64,000 nucleotides of DNA from Planctomycetota bacterium (GCA_038231435.1 JBBRLJ010000001.1:160001-224000), one strand, 5' to 3'. Positions 36,404 through 48,283 are shown, numbered from the stretch's first letter. Translations and numbers: made by a program. The notes: generated by a model from the sequence alone, not told the origin.

Positions 36404-36486
36404 GCCCGGGTGGCGAAATGGCAAACGCGCTCGACTTAAAATCGAGTCCTCGTAAGGGGTTGCGGGTTCGAGTCCCGCTCTGGGCA
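36404..36486 (+). tRNA. tRNA-Leu (anticodon TAA), CCA not encoded
   Basis: GCCCGGG acceptor, GGCGAAATGGCAAACGC D-arm, CTCGA-CT-TAA-AA-TCGAG, long variable arm, GGTTCGAGTCC, discriminator A. Confidence 0.93.
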
Positions 36487-36527
36487 ATTTTTGATGCGGC
36501 CGCCTAACTCCGCGCTCGAATCCCGTC

Positions 36528-37088
36528 ATGCTCAGACGCAACCCACACGGCGATTTTCCCGTCGTGCCCGAATCCGCCTACGTCGATCAGACCGCGATCA
36601 TCTGCGGGAAGGTGGTGGTCGGCGAAAATGTCTTCATCGGCCCATACGCGGTGATCCGCGCGGACGAGCTCGACGATCACGGCGGGCTCGAGCCGATCAT
36701 CATCGGAGCCAACTCGAACATCCAGGATGGCGTCGTCGTCCACTCGCGCGCGGGCGGACTGGTGCGCATCGGCGAGTTCTCGTCCATCGCGCACCGCGCC
36801 ATCATCCATGGGCCGTGCATCATCGGCAATCGCGTGTTCATCGGCTTCAATAGCGTGATCTTCGATTGCGAGATCGGCGATGGGGTGGTGGTCCGCCACA
36901 ACAGCGTGGTCGAGAACTGCCATGTGCCGGCGGATTTCCACATCCCCTCGACCACCGCGGTGCACAACGACGAGGAGCTCGCGCGGATACCAAAGGTCAC
37001 GCCCGACATCAACAGCTTCTCGGAGAGCGTCGTGTTCAAGAACCTCGAACTGGTCCGCGGATACAAGAAGCTCGGCAACGAGTTTTGA
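36528..37088 (+). CDS. Gamma-class carbonic anhydrase family (hexapeptide repeat) protein
   Basis: Left-handed beta-helix hexapeptides, IRADE, NIQDGVVVH, H.AIIHG zinc ligands. Confidence 0.88.
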   Translation: MLRRNPHGDFPVVPESAYVDQTAIICGKVVVGENVFIGPYAVIRADELDDHGGLEPIIIGANSNIQDGVVVHSRAGGLVRIGEFSSIAHRAIIHGPCIIGNRVFIGFNSVIFDCEIGDGVVVRHNSVVENCHVPADFHIPSTTAVHNDEELARIPKVTPDINSFSESVVFKNLELVRGYKKLGNEF

Positions 37089-37185
37089 GCGACGCTGACG
37101 GCACCAATGCCAGGGTAAGCACGTCATCCGCCCGGGTGTTTGCCCACTCCATCCCCGGCATAGCCTAGAACGACTGGAGACGACC

Positions 37186-37890
37186 ATGGCTGCGACCTTC
37201 GCATCGAGGCACATGGATGAACTGTTCACGCGCCATTCCAGCCTGGTCCCGTGCGGTGGCGACATCATCGCTGCGTTCAAGCTCCTCGAGCGCGCGTTCA
37301 AGGCTGGCGGTACCGCCTATTTCTGCGGCAATGGCGGCAGCGCGGCTGATGCCGAGCATTGGGCTGGCGAGCTGCTGAAGGGCTTCGAGAGCAAGCGACC
37401 GGTGGGGCCGCTGGCGGCGTCACTGCCTCCAGAGATCGCCCAGGCGTTGCAGGGAGCCCTGCCGGCGGTGCCGCTCACCGGATTCCTCAGCCTGCGCACC
37501 GCATTCGCGAACGATGTCGATCCGCGGCTCGATTTCGCTCAGCTGGTATGGGGTCTCGGCCGCAAGGGCGACGTTCTCGTGGGCTTGAGCACCTCGGGGA
37601 ACGCCTACAACGTCGGCGCGGCGATGCGTGTCGCGCGCGCCAAGGGCATGGCGACGCTCGCCCTCACCGGCGAGACCGGCGGAGAACTCCGCGCCTTGTG
37701 CGACGTGACCATCCGCGTGCCGACGCGGCGCACTTGCCATGTGCAGGAAGGGCATCTGCCCATCTACCATGCGCTGTGCCTGATGCTCGAGGACGCGTTC
37801 TTTCAGTTGGGGGACTACGGCCCCCCAACATCGGCCTCCGGCCTGCCCCCCGGGAAGCAGGGAACAGGGCGCGATGCCGGGGGCACGTAA
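37186..37890 (+). CDS. gmhA: D-sedoheptulose 7-phosphate isomerase (SIS domain); C-terminal tail derived from a repeat
   Basis: CGNGGSAADA.H..GEL, TA.AND, LSTSGN, QE.H...H motifs. Confidence 0.85.
   Translation: MAATFASRHMDELFTRHSSLVPCGGDIIAAFKLLERAFKAGGTAYFCGNGGSAADAEHWAGELLKGFESKRPVGPLAASLPPEIAQALQGALPAVPLTGFLSLRTAFANDVDPRLDFAQLVWGLGRKGDVLVGLSTSGNAYNVGAAMRVARAKGMATLALTGETGGELRALCDVTIRVPTRRTCHVQEGHLPIYHALCLMLEDAFFQLGDYGPPTSASGLPPGKQGTGRDAGGT
37800..37851 (+). repeat. Palindromic REP-like element, copy D, inside the gmhA 3' end
   Basis: CTTTCAGTTGGGGGACTACGGCCCCCCAACATCGGCCTCCGGCCTGCCCCCC. Confidence 0.85.
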
Positions 37891-37911
37891 ACCAAGCAGT
37901 CTATCCTTTGA

Positions 37912-38919
37912 TCAGGCCTTGGCGGCTGCGCGCTTCGGCTTGGCGGGCTTGCCGGTCTTCGCCGATTCGTAGATCGCGTCCATCAGCTCGCTCTGGACGA
38001 TGCCGTTCGCCGGCGAGGTGCGCGGCTCGGCGCGGCCAAGGATGGCGTCGATGAAGTTGTCGTTCGGCGACTGCGATTTACCGGGGATCACCGGATACTT
38101 GATCTTGTCGTTCTGGAAGACGTTGATCCAGCCACCGCCCCAGCCGTCGATGTCGACCCGGCCATTCTCGAAGATGAAATGCATCGAGCTGCTCGCCGCG
38201 ACGCAATTGCCGCTGACCACGATGCTGGCGAAGGTGCCGCTCGCGAACCGCACGTTGATCGACGAGTTGATGTCGACCGGGGTGCCGTGGTTGTCCACGA
38301 AGGCGAAGACCTCGGCGATATCGGATTCGACCGACCAGCACAGGCTGTTGAGGATGTGCGCGCCGCTGTCGTACGCCTGGCCGCCGCCAGAGAGCTCGGG
38401 CTTCTGGCGCCAGCTGCCGGCAGTCGGCTTCATCCATGCCTGCGACAGGTAGCCACTGACCAGCTCGAGCTTGCCGAAGGTCTTGTTACGGATGCAGTCG
38501 CGCAGGTAGGCGAATTCCGGAGTGCACGGCGTGTTGTAGCCGATGGTCACGATCTTGCCGGTCTTCTTGGCCTTCGCCGCCAGCGCGTGGGCCTGATCGG
38601 CCGAGGTCACCATCGGCTTTTCCATCAGCACGTGGCAGCCAGCGTCGAGCGCCTCGATGCCATGGTCGTGGTGCAGGGTGTGCGGCGTGATGATCGCCAC
38701 CGCTGCCGGCTTGGCCTTGGCGTACATCGCCGCGCGATCGGTGAACACCATCGGCTTGGTGGGATAGCCATCGAGGTGCTTCGCGATGAACGCGGTGCAG
38801 ATGGCCTCGCTGACATCGCACAGGGCGACGATCTCGACATCGGGGTTGGCGCGGAAACGCTGGGCGTGGGCTCCGGCCATGCCGCCGCAACCGAGGATGG
38901 CGACGCGAACCTTGCTCAT
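37912..38919 (-). CDS. Gfo/Idh/MocA family oxidoreductase
   Basis: GCGGMA Rossmann motif, ITPH..H, EKPM, WR..PELSGGG..YD.G.H. Confidence 0.92.
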   Translation of the reverse strand: MSKVRVAILGCGGMAGAHAQRFRANPDVEIVALCDVSEAICTAFIAKHLDGYPTKPMVFTDRAAMYAKAKPAAVAIITPHTLHHDHGIEALDAGCHVLMEKPMVTSADQAHALAAKAKKTGKIVTIGYNTPCTPEFAYLRDCIRNKTFGKLELVSGYLSQAWMKPTAGSWRQKPELSGGGQAYDSGAHILNSLCWSVESDIAEVFAFVDNHGTPVDINSSINVRFASGTFASIVVSGNCVAASSSMHFIFENGRVDIDGWGGGWINVFQNDKIKYPVIPGKSQSPNDNFIDAILGRAEPRTSPANGIVQSELMDAIYESAKTGKPAKPKRAAAKA

Positions 38920-39175
38920 GTGGAATGCTCCGTGTGGGTGGTGCCGGCGGTGTGGCCGTCAGCGATGTGCTGCGCGGATTCTACCGTCGCGGACGAGCAC
39001 CCAGCCATGTCTGGCGCGGAACCAGATGATGTCTGGTCCGGCACGAGATTGGCACGGCGGACGCGAATAACCGTGGAAAAACCGCCGCTACGCACGTCTG
39101 GCGCAAGAAACACGCGCCTGAGCGGAATGCCTCGCGAATCCCATGCAGACTCGCTCGGAGCCAAATGAGAATGGA

Positions 39176-39829
39176 TCAGACCATTCCCTGGACCAGTTCG
39201 AGAGCCTCGTGGAGCGAGACGCAGACGCGCAGCGCTCCGGCCGCCACCTCGGGCGATGGCTGCTTGAGATCCGGGACGATGATGCAGGCCATGCCAGCGG
39301 CGCGCGCCGCGGTGGCGCCTGGCTCCGAATCCTCGAGCACCAGGCACCTGCTCGGATCGACCGCCAAAGACCGCGCGGCGGCGAGATAGATGTCCGGAGC
39401 CGGCTTGCCGTTGGCTACCTGGTCGCCGGTGACGATGGCGCCGAATCGGCTCGCCAGCTCGCCGAGCACCAGCCGCGCTTCAGGCCCAGCGCTGGAGGTG
39501 GCGATGGCGCGCGGCAGGCCACGACGCTCGACAAAGTCGAGGAACTCGCTCGCTCCCGGCTTCAGTTCGACGCCGCGCGAGGTCACGCGCTGGTGCCAGC
39601 GCGCCTTCCACAGCTCGCGGAACCTGGGCACCGAGAATCCAGCTCCGAAGCGTTCGCCGAGTTCGGCCTCGCACAGCGCGATGCGCCGTCCGATCAGGCC
39701 CAGGTACATCTGGTCGGTGAGCTCGTGGCCGAGCTCACGCGCGGATTCCTGCCAGGAATCGCGGTACACGGGCTCGGAATCGAACAGCAGCCCATCCATG
39801 TCGAAGATCACCGCCGAGAATCCGGACAT
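39176..39829 (-). CDS. HAD family phosphatase
   Basis: FDMDGLLFDSE, ATSS, GKPAPDIY, EDS..G. Confidence 0.9.
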   Translation of the reverse strand: MSGFSAVIFDMDGLLFDSEPVYRDSWQESARELGHELTDQMYLGLIGRRIALCEAELGERFGAGFSVPRFRELWKARWHQRVTSRGVELKPGASEFLDFVERRGLPRAIATSSAGPEARLVLGELASRFGAIVTGDQVANGKPAPDIYLAAARSLAVDPSRCLVLEDSEPGATAARAAGMACIIVPDLKQPSPEVAAGALRVCVSLHEALELVQGMV

Positions 39830-39980
39830 GCGCCACCCTCGCTCGGGGCATGGTGGCGGCAGAGCATCGCCGGCAAGCCCGCGACGGACGCCTGTCCTGG
39901 ACGGGCGCATGACGATCCCGGCCAACTGCATCAGGGTTGCTCGGCGGATTCCCCTACCGTCGTGACGGTTCCGGACTACC

Positions 39981-40637
39981 GTGCCCGCGCAGGAGCCCAG
40001 GGTGGAGGCGAGCCGTTCACTCCGCGATCCTCGCGACGATCACGCCCTGATGGCGGCGATCGCCAACGGCGACCAGTCGGCACTCGAGCAGCTCTACGAG
40101 CGCTTCAGCCCGATGGTGTACGCGCTGTGCCGGCGCGTGCTGCGCGATCCGAATGTGGCCGATGAACTGCTCGCCGACATCTTCATGGAGGTGTGGCGCA
40201 AGAGCGAGCGCTTCGACGCCAGCCGCGGCTCGGTCGTGACCTATCTCGCCACCCTCACGCGCAGCCGCGCCATCGATCGCCTGCGATCCCAGCGGCGCAC
40301 CGCCGCGGCTCCGCTGTCCGAGATCGCCGAGCCCGAGGCGAGCCCCAGCGATCCGGCCAGCGCATTGGGCGACGCCGAGCAGCGGGCGCGCGTCGCATCC
40401 GCCCTGGCACTGCTCTCCCCCGACCAACGCGCGGCCATCGACCTCGCCTACTTCTCGGGCCTGACCCAATCGCAGATCGCGCAACGCTTGAACAAGCCGC
40501 TCGGTACGGTGAAAACCCATATCCGACAAGGACTCATCCAGTTGCGCGATGTGCTGCGTATCTCTTCCGGGGATGGCCCCGGAACTGATCCTGGACGTCG
40601 GAAAAGCGCTTCGACAAGCGATGAGGTCACGCCGTGA
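39981..40637 (+). CDS. ECF RNA polymerase sigma factor (SigK-like)
   Basis: GDQ.AL..LYERF, VW.K..RFD..RGS, RSRAID.LR, AYF.GLTQ.QIA..L..PLGTVKT.IR. Confidence 0.92.
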   Translation: MPAQEPRVEASRSLRDPRDDHALMAAIANGDQSALEQLYERFSPMVYALCRRVLRDPNVADELLADIFMEVWRKSERFDASRGSVVTYLATLTRSRAIDRLRSQRRTAAAPLSEIAEPEASPSDPASALGDAEQRARVASALALLSPDQRAAIDLAYFSGLTQSQIAQRLNKPLGTVKTHIRQGLIQLRDVLRISSGDGPGTDPGRRKSASTSDEVTP

Positions 40638-41479
40638 ACTGCGCCGAATGCCGCGATCTGCTGCTGGAGTACGCGCTCGGGGCGCTCGATGCCGCCGAAT
40701 CCGCGGAGCTCCGCGCCCATCTGGCGAACGGCTGTGCCGGCTGCGCCCAGGCCATGACCGAAGCCGAAGCCCTGGTCGGCCAGCTCGCCTTGGCGCTTCC
40801 GGCGGTCGCACCTCCGCCCGCCGTCAGACACGAGCTGCTGCGCCGCCTCGCTGTCGAGCCCGCGGCGAACGCCCCGATTCCCAAGCCCGCCTCATCGTCT
40901 CGTGAGCGCTCCTGGTGGCTGGTGCCGGTGGCGTGGGCTGCGAGCGTGGCCATCTCCGCCGGCCTGGCTGCCGCCATGGCCAATGCCGCCAACGACCAGC
41001 GCCTCGCCGCGATGCGTTCGCGCCTCGATACGCTCGACGCCACCAATCAGCGCTTGACCAAGGACGTTTCCGAGGCGGCCGACCGCAATGGCTCGCTGGC
41101 CATATCGCTGGCCAAGGCGCAAGAGACCATCGGCATGCTGCGCTCGTCCGATCTGAGCCTGGTGTCGATGACCTCATCGGGCCCGCAGCCGCGCCTCGCG
41201 CGCGCGCGCGCCCTGTGGGACAAGGACACCGAGCACTGGCAGCTGATCGCCACCGGGATGACGCCGCCAGGCAAGGGCAAGGTCTTCGAGTTGTGGTTCA
41301 TCACCGCCGACCAGCGCAAGGTGGCGGCGGGGGTGTTCGATGTCGACGCCCAGGGCAACGGCATCCTCACCGTCACCGTGCCGCACGACATCGGCCAGAT
41401 CTCGGTCGCGGCCGTCACCGACGAGCCGGGCCTGATGACCGCGCCGACTGGCGCGATCCACCTCGCTGGTAAGCTATAG
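40634..41479 (+). CDS. Anti-sigma factor (RskA-like, ZAS HxxxCxxC)
   Basis: EYALGAL, HLANGCAGC, a TM helix, a coiled coil, FELWFI and AVTDEP...PTG; GTGA-coupled to the sigma gene. Confidence 0.88.
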   Translation: MNCAECRDLLLEYALGALDAAESAELRAHLANGCAGCAQAMTEAEALVGQLALALPAVAPPPAVRHELLRRLAVEPAANAPIPKPASSSRERSWWLVPVAWAASVAISAGLAAAMANAANDQRLAAMRSRLDTLDATNQRLTKDVSEAADRNGSLAISLAKAQETIGMLRSSDLSLVSMTSSGPQPRLARARALWDKDTEHWQLIATGMTPPGKGKVFELWFITADQRKVAAGVFDVDAQGNGILTVTVPHDIGQISVAAVTDEPGLMTAPTGAIHLAGKL

Positions 41480-41567
41480 CCAGCGCACCGATAAGCCCAC
41501 GCGCCCATTGGCGGACATCCACCTCCGCCGAGACGGCGTACCCATGCAGGCGCGGAGGACCGAAGCG

Positions 41568-42788
41568 ATGATCACCACGGCTGTGCCGCTCGCAGCCGCG
41601 ATCGCCGTGGTCGCATACGCCCTCGCCACCCACGCCTCCCCCCTGTCCGCCACGCTCCTGGCTCTGCCATTGGCTGCGCTCGCGGCGGTACCACGCGGAT
41701 GGTGGACCACGCGCTCCGGAGTGCTGGTGATCGCCCTCGCGATCATCAGTGGCACAACGCTGCCCTGGCTGCAAGGGCTCGGACTCGAGCGGAAATACCA
41801 GGCACACGCGGTGTGGTGGGGAGTGCTCCTGCACGGCTGGTGCGGCGCAGGCGTACTGCTGATGGTCGCGGCGCTGGCCGGCCGCTTGGGCAAGATGGTC
41901 TCGCGGCGGTGTGCCGCGGTCCACTTCCTGGGGGGCGTGGTGTCCGCCTTGGCGGGCGTCGCCGGCGTGCTGGCGTGCGCGCCACTGACCATGCTCTATG
42001 TGCCGCACATCACCGCCGAGGATGCTGCGATCGTGCGCGCGGTGTCGCGATCGGAGGATCTCGCCGTCGCTGGCGCGGATGGGATCCGCCTGGCCGCCCG
42101 TTGGTACGAGCCGCTCGGCGTCGCGGAGCCCGTGGGCGTGGTGGTGTTCACGCATGGTTTCGGCGGCTGGAAGGAAGGCTTCAAGAACCACCTCAAGCTG
42201 TTCACCGCGTCCGGATGGGCGGTGATGGCGTACGATCTGCGCGGCCACGGCCGCTCCTCGCCAGCGGCGGTGACCTTCGGCAAGCGCGAGCAGGAGGACC
42301 TGATCGCAGTGTGGCGCGCCGCGCGTGATCGAGCGCGCGGCAAGCCCATGGTCGCATACGGGGTCAGCCTCGGCACCAGCGTCGTCCTGCTCGCGGGAGA
42401 CCGCCTCGAAGGCGCGCGCGGCGTGATCCTCGACAGCCCGTTCGCCGACCTCGCAGACATGGCGATGGTACAGCTGCCGAAGCCGCTGGCGATCATCGCT
42501 GGGGCCTGGGCCGCGGGCGGCGTGGGCTTGCACGCCAGCGATGTCCGTCCGGTAGCCTCGCCCGTGCTCGCGCACGGCCCACCGCTGCTGATCGGCTGGA
42601 TCGCTGACGACCGCTCGATACCCGCCCAGCAGAGCGAGCAGGTGGCGCGGGCGTCCCCCCGGGCGATCACGCTGGTGATGCCCCACGGCGACCACCTCGA
42701 CACGGCGACGTGGCTGCCCTGGCGGCGCGCGGTGATCTCGTTCCTGGGCGCGATCGCGCCAGGGCCGGAGTACGACGGCTCGCCCTGA
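41568..42788 (+). CDS. Membrane-anchored alpha/beta hydrolase
   Basis: N-terminal TM helices; HGFGG, DLRGHG.S, GVSLG, D and H of the catalytic triad. Confidence 0.82.
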   Translation: MITTAVPLAAAIAVVAYALATHASPLSATLLALPLAALAAVPRGWWTTRSGVLVIALAIISGTTLPWLQGLGLERKYQAHAVWWGVLLHGWCGAGVLLMVAALAGRLGKMVSRRCAAVHFLGGVVSALAGVAGVLACAPLTMLYVPHITAEDAAIVRAVSRSEDLAVAGADGIRLAARWYEPLGVAEPVGVVVFTHGFGGWKEGFKNHLKLFTASGWAVMAYDLRGHGRSSPAAVTFGKREQEDLIAVWRAARDRARGKPMVAYGVSLGTSVVLLAGDRLEGARGVILDSPFADLADMAMVQLPKPLAIIAGAWAAGGVGLHASDVRPVASPVLAHGPPLLIGWIADDRSIPAQQSEQVARASPRAITLVMPHGDHLDTATWLPWRRAVISFLGAIAPGPEYDGSP

Positions 42789-42948
42789 ACCAGCCCACGG
42801 GCTGGCATCCAGGATCGTTCGAATGGCTGTCGAATGGCTGTTAGGTGCCGCTCCGATGCGGCAGGCCGATTCCGCCTCGCATAATGATTCCCGCGTTCGC
42901 CTTGGCCGTCCAAGCTTCGTTCACCAGACTCGCGGATTGGAGCCGCAC

Positions 42949-43938
42949 ATGCTCGTCAAGGGTTCGGCCACCGTGCTGAAGGACATCTACAACGCCTACT
43001 TCGAGGACCGCGTGCCACGCATGGCCGCGGCGCTCTCTTACTACACGGTGTTCTCGGTGGCGCCGTTGCTGGTGATCGCCATCGCGATCGCCGGCTTGCT
43101 CTTCGGACACGAGGCCGCGAGCGGTCAGATCTCGTCACAGCTCCAAGGGCTGGTGGGCAAGCTCGGCGCCGAGGCCATCGAAGGCATGGTCCAGGGCGCG
43201 TCCAAACGCGGATCGAGCGTGCTCGCCACGGTGGTCGGCATCGCCACCCTGATGTTCGGCGCTACCGGGGTGTTCGGCGAGCTGCAGGATAGCCTCAACA
43301 CCATCTGGCAGGTACGGCCCAAGCCCGGAAGGAGCATGCGCTCCTTCGTCAGGACGCGCTTCCTGTCCTTCGCGATGGTCTTCGGCGTGGGCTTCCTGCT
43401 GCTGGTGTCCTTGCTGCTGTCGGCGGGCCTTTCTGCCATCGGCGCATATCTGACGCAGCTGTGGCCGGCGATGAAGGCGGCCCTGGGGGTCACCAACGTG
43501 GTGGTGTCGTTCGGCCTGATCACCGTGCTCTTCGCCATGATCTACAAGCTGCTCCCCGATGTCAGGTTGAAATGGAGCGACGTGTGGATTGGGGCCGCCG
43601 CCACCTCGGCGCTGTTCTCGATCGGAAAGTTCGCCATCGGCCTCTATATCGGCAACGGCGCAGTCGCCTCGGGCTACGGCGCGGTGGGCTCCCTGGCGGT
43701 ATTCCTGATCTGGATCTATTTCTCGTCCCAGGCGTTCCTGCTCGGAGCTGAATTCACCCGCGCCTACGCCCGCACCTTTGGCTCGCACGTCTCCCCGAAA
43801 CCTGGCGCGCAATGGGTCGCTGGCACGAGCCCCAGCGCGCCGGCGGTCACCGGCGGTGACGCGGCCGCCTCGACGCCCCCGCCGAAGCCGACCGAGAACA
43901 CGTCGCGCGACAGCCATGGTCGCTTCGCAGCGCACTGA
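42949..43938 (+). CDS. YihY/virulence factor BrkB family membrane protein
   Basis: AAALSYYTVFS.APLL, LQ.SLN.IW, YK.LP, YGA.GS....L.WIY.S....LGAE. Confidence 0.92.
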   Translation: MLVKGSATVLKDIYNAYFEDRVPRMAAALSYYTVFSVAPLLVIAIAIAGLLFGHEAASGQISSQLQGLVGKLGAEAIEGMVQGASKRGSSVLATVVGIATLMFGATGVFGELQDSLNTIWQVRPKPGRSMRSFVRTRFLSFAMVFGVGFLLLVSLLLSAGLSAIGAYLTQLWPAMKAALGVTNVVVSFGLITVLFAMIYKLLPDVRLKWSDVWIGAAATSALFSIGKFAIGLYIGNGAVASGYGAVGSLAVFLIWIYFSSQAFLLGAEFTRAYARTFGSHVSPKPGAQWVAGTSPSAPAVTGGDAAASTPPPKPTENTSRDSHGRFAAH

Positions 43939-43957
43939 CCCGGAGAGCTACCGCGGC

Positions 43958-44079
43958 TGTCAATTTGACATGCCAGTGTCGACGGCCCGCGCCAATGACT
44001 GCCTGAAGGGGCTCAAGCATCTGATTATCAAGGCGTTAAGGGCTGGCGGAGGCGCTGCTCGTTTGGCATGCATCATGCT
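43958..44079 (+). promoter_or_regulatory. Candidate sigma54 promoter with UAS palindrome and IHF site
   Basis: TGTCAA-T-TTGACA (43958-43970); TATCAA-GGCG-TTA (44026-44038, matches WATCAANNNNTTR); TGGCAT-GCATCA-TGCT with GG-N10-GC (44064-44079). Confidence 0.6.
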
Positions 44080-44087
44080 CTTTTGAG

Positions 44088-44507
44088 ATGAGCCCAACCG
44101 CCATGCCACCCCGCGCCATCCTCATCGCTGATGATGATCGTCTCCTCCGGGAGTCGTTGTGCGACGCGCTGTCCTTTCTGGGCTGCGAGGCGCGGTCGGT
44201 CGGCAACGCCAGCGAAGCCATCGAGATGCTCGGCAACCAGGTCGCCTGCGACCTGCTGCTCTCGGACGTGGACATGCCCGATATGAGCGGGTTCGAGCTG
44301 CTGTCCTGGTGCACCCGCAACCGGCCCCTGCCCACCGTGCTGATGAGCGCGCGCGCCGATGGCCCGATGCGCCAGGCCGCCCGCACCGCCGGTGCCATCA
44401 CGTTATTGCCGAAACCCGTCGAGATCACCTCGATCGCCACGCTCTTCCACTCCCTCTTCGATCGGCCCGTCGGCGACGACCGCGCCCCCCGTCTACCCTT
44501 CGCGTAA
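44088..44507 (+). CDS. Single-domain response regulator (receiver)
   Basis: ILIADDD, LSDVDMP..SG, MSA and KP motifs. The start may be at 44103. Confidence 0.88.
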   Translation: MSPTAMPPRAILIADDDRLLRESLCDALSFLGCEARSVGNASEAIEMLGNQVACDLLLSDVDMPDMSGFELLSWCTRNRPLPTVLMSARADGPMRQAARTAGAITLLPKPVEITSIATLFHSLFDRPVGDDRAPRLPFA

Positions 44508-44582
44508 CCCGCAGCACAGCTTCCGCAGCGCCTCCACCGCGGCATCTCGCGGACACCATTTCGCAGAACAAAGGAATCCATC

Positions 44583-46532
<1,950 letters not shown>

Positions 46533-46593
46533 TAGAGTCGCTCCTCACGCATTCGAAGAGCAGCCTGCGTTTCAACCCTGCTCATCGGCTCTT

Positions 46594-46645
46594 GGGGGGC
46601 AGCGCGGAGCGCGATGTTGGGGGGCCGTAGTCCCCCAACTGAAAG
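46594..46645 (-). repeat. Palindromic REP-like element, copy E, between dnaK and groES
   Basis: Reverse complement CTTTCAGTTGGGGGACTACGGCCCCCCAACATCGCGCTCCGCGCTGCCCCCC. Confidence 0.88.
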
Positions 46646-46748
46646 CCGCCAGTGGCGAGTCCGGAAATCGCGCTAGGCTTCACATCCCATCACGACGGGC
46701 GGACCGAGCCGGAAACGCCCAGAACCGGAAACACCAGAGGTGCCCCGC

Positions 46749-47045
46749 ATGCCGAAAAATAACATCAAGCCGATCGGATCCCACGTCATCGTCGAGCGCT
46801 CGAGCGCTGCGGACGTCAGCAAGGGCGGCATCGTCCTGCCTGAGAAGGCCAAGGACAAGCCCAAGGAAGGCACCATCATCGCTGTCGGCAACGGCAAGAT
46901 GCTGGAAGATGGCAAGCGCCAGGTCATGCAGGTGAAAGCCGGCGACCGCGTGCTGTTCTCGAGCTATGCTGGCACCGAAGTGAAAGTGCACGGCGAGGAA
47001 TACGTGGTGATGGAGGAGAGCGACGTCCTGGCCGTCATCGAGTGA
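46749..47045 (+). CDS. groES: Co-chaperonin GroES
   Basis: IKPIG..VIVE, GGIVLP..AK.KP..G...AVG.G, VK.GD.VLF..YAGTEVK, ESDVLAV. Confidence 0.96.
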   Translation: MPKNNIKPIGSHVIVERSSAADVSKGGIVLPEKAKDKPKEGTIIAVGNGKMLEDGKRQVMQVKAGDRVLFSSYAGTEVKVHGEEYVVMEESDVLAVIE

Positions 47046-47082
47046 TGATCGTCTAGACTCGCATCCTTCATCGGATCGACGG

Positions 47083-47113
47083 AAACCGGAGGCTTCGGCC
47101 TCCGGTTTTTTTT
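47083..47113 (+). terminator. Rho-independent terminator after groES
   Basis: AAACCGGAGGC-TTCG-GCCTCCGGTTT followed by a T8 run. Confidence 0.92.
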
Positions 47114-47185
47114 GTGCCGTGACGTCCACGCGATGCCGACCGGTCGGCCCGCTTGCGCGCGCGGGCGTGTCTGCACAACCTGCAC

Positions 47186-47602
47186 ATGGCCAACAAGATC
47201 CACGTCGTGCTCGCCGCTGTCGTCCCCGCGCTGGCGGTCGGCGCGCTGCTGATCGCCGTCATCGCCTGGCGCGAGCGCGCCGCGCTGACCGAGAACCGCG
47301 ACCGTCTCGACGCGACGCAGCGCCAGCTCGACGACATGCACCGCCTCGGCGACGCGCTTGCCTCGGCCAAGGACCAAGCACGACAATGGCACGAGCGCTG
47401 GGAGAACGAGACCAAGGCGCTGACCGATGATCTGGGCAAGGCCAACCAGGCCCTGACCGAGAGCGTCCACCAGCAGGAGCGTGCCAAGGCCGCGATCGAG
47501 GACTTGAGCAAGCAGCTCGCCGACATCAACGCGCGGCTGCAGGCCCTCCAAGACGCCAAGACCGACGGCGCGAAACCGGAAGCTATCCCTCCGAAGAAGT
47601 AG
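47186..47602 (+). CDS. Membrane-anchored coiled-coil protein
   Basis: N-terminal TM helix followed by heptad repeats. Confidence 0.72.
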   Translation: MANKIHVVLAAVVPALAVGALLIAVIAWRERAALTENRDRLDATQRQLDDMHRLGDALASAKDQARQWHERWENETKALTDDLGKANQALTESVHQQERAKAAIEDLSKQLADINARLQALQDAKTDGAKPEAIPPKK

Positions 47603-47641
47603 CATCATCCACCTCCCTGGCGAGGCGCGATCCGCCTTGCA

Positions 47642-48283
47642 TCAAGCCGACGGAGGAGCCGGCGCGGTCGCGGCGTGGATGGACGCGAGCCGGTCCCGCG
47701 TCGGGATCTGAGTGATCCCGTGGATGATCAGCAGCAGCGTCGGCGCCAAGGTCGCCAGCAGCACGCGGCCCTCGTGGCTGAAGACGTCGAGGCCGATCAA
47801 TGTTCCCATCACCAGCACGATGTGCCCGGAAGCCGCGAGCAGCAGCAGCAGGTTCCCCCAGCGGTGCACGAAATCGACAACCTGCATGACCCGTTCGCGC
47901 ACCGTCTCGGCGTGGCGGCGGAGATCGGAACGCAGCCGCCAGCCGTAGACCACCACCACCACCAGGCACAGCATCAGATGGATGATGATCAGCCATTCCG
48001 CGGCCTGCGAGCGCAGGTGCAGATCGCTGTCGGCATGCGGATGGAAGGCGTTGTAGGCGGTGACCACCAGGGACACGAACAGCCCGAGCCCGAGGCGCAT
48101 GAAATGCCGCTTCACCAGGATCAGATCGATGTGGTAGCGGGCGATGAACGCGGCGAACTGCGCAGAGGCGATCCACACGGGCTGCGGTGGCGGATCCGTG
48201 TCCTGCCCAGGGTCATGCGGCGGCTGGCCAGGCGGCTCGGGCGGCTGTCCGGGCGGCGAAAGCTTGGCCTCGGGCCCGTCCAT
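47642..48283 (-). CDS. Hypothetical integral membrane protein
   Basis: Pro-rich N-terminus and about 4 TM helices. Confidence 0.7.
   Translation of the reverse strand: MDGPEAKLSPPGQPPEPPGQPPHDPGQDTDPPPQPVWIASAQFAAFIARYHIDLILVKRHFMRLGLGLFVSLVVTAYNAFHPHADSDLHLRSQAAEWLIIIHLMLCLVVVVVYGWRLRSDLRRHAETVRERVMQVVDFVHRWGNLLLLLAASGHIVLVMGTLIGLDVFSHEGRVLLATLAPTLLLIIHGITQIPTRDRLASIHAATAPAPPSA

Noticed and set aside
2505..36486. tRNA genes as integration sites of an island or prophage
   Set aside because: No integrase, no duplicated tRNA 3' end seen, and no clear compositional shift.
39039..39064. Sigma54-like GG-N10-GC motifs (TTGGCACGGCGGACGC)
   Set aside because: Poor -12 element and no plus-strand gene downstream; likely chance in GC-rich DNA.
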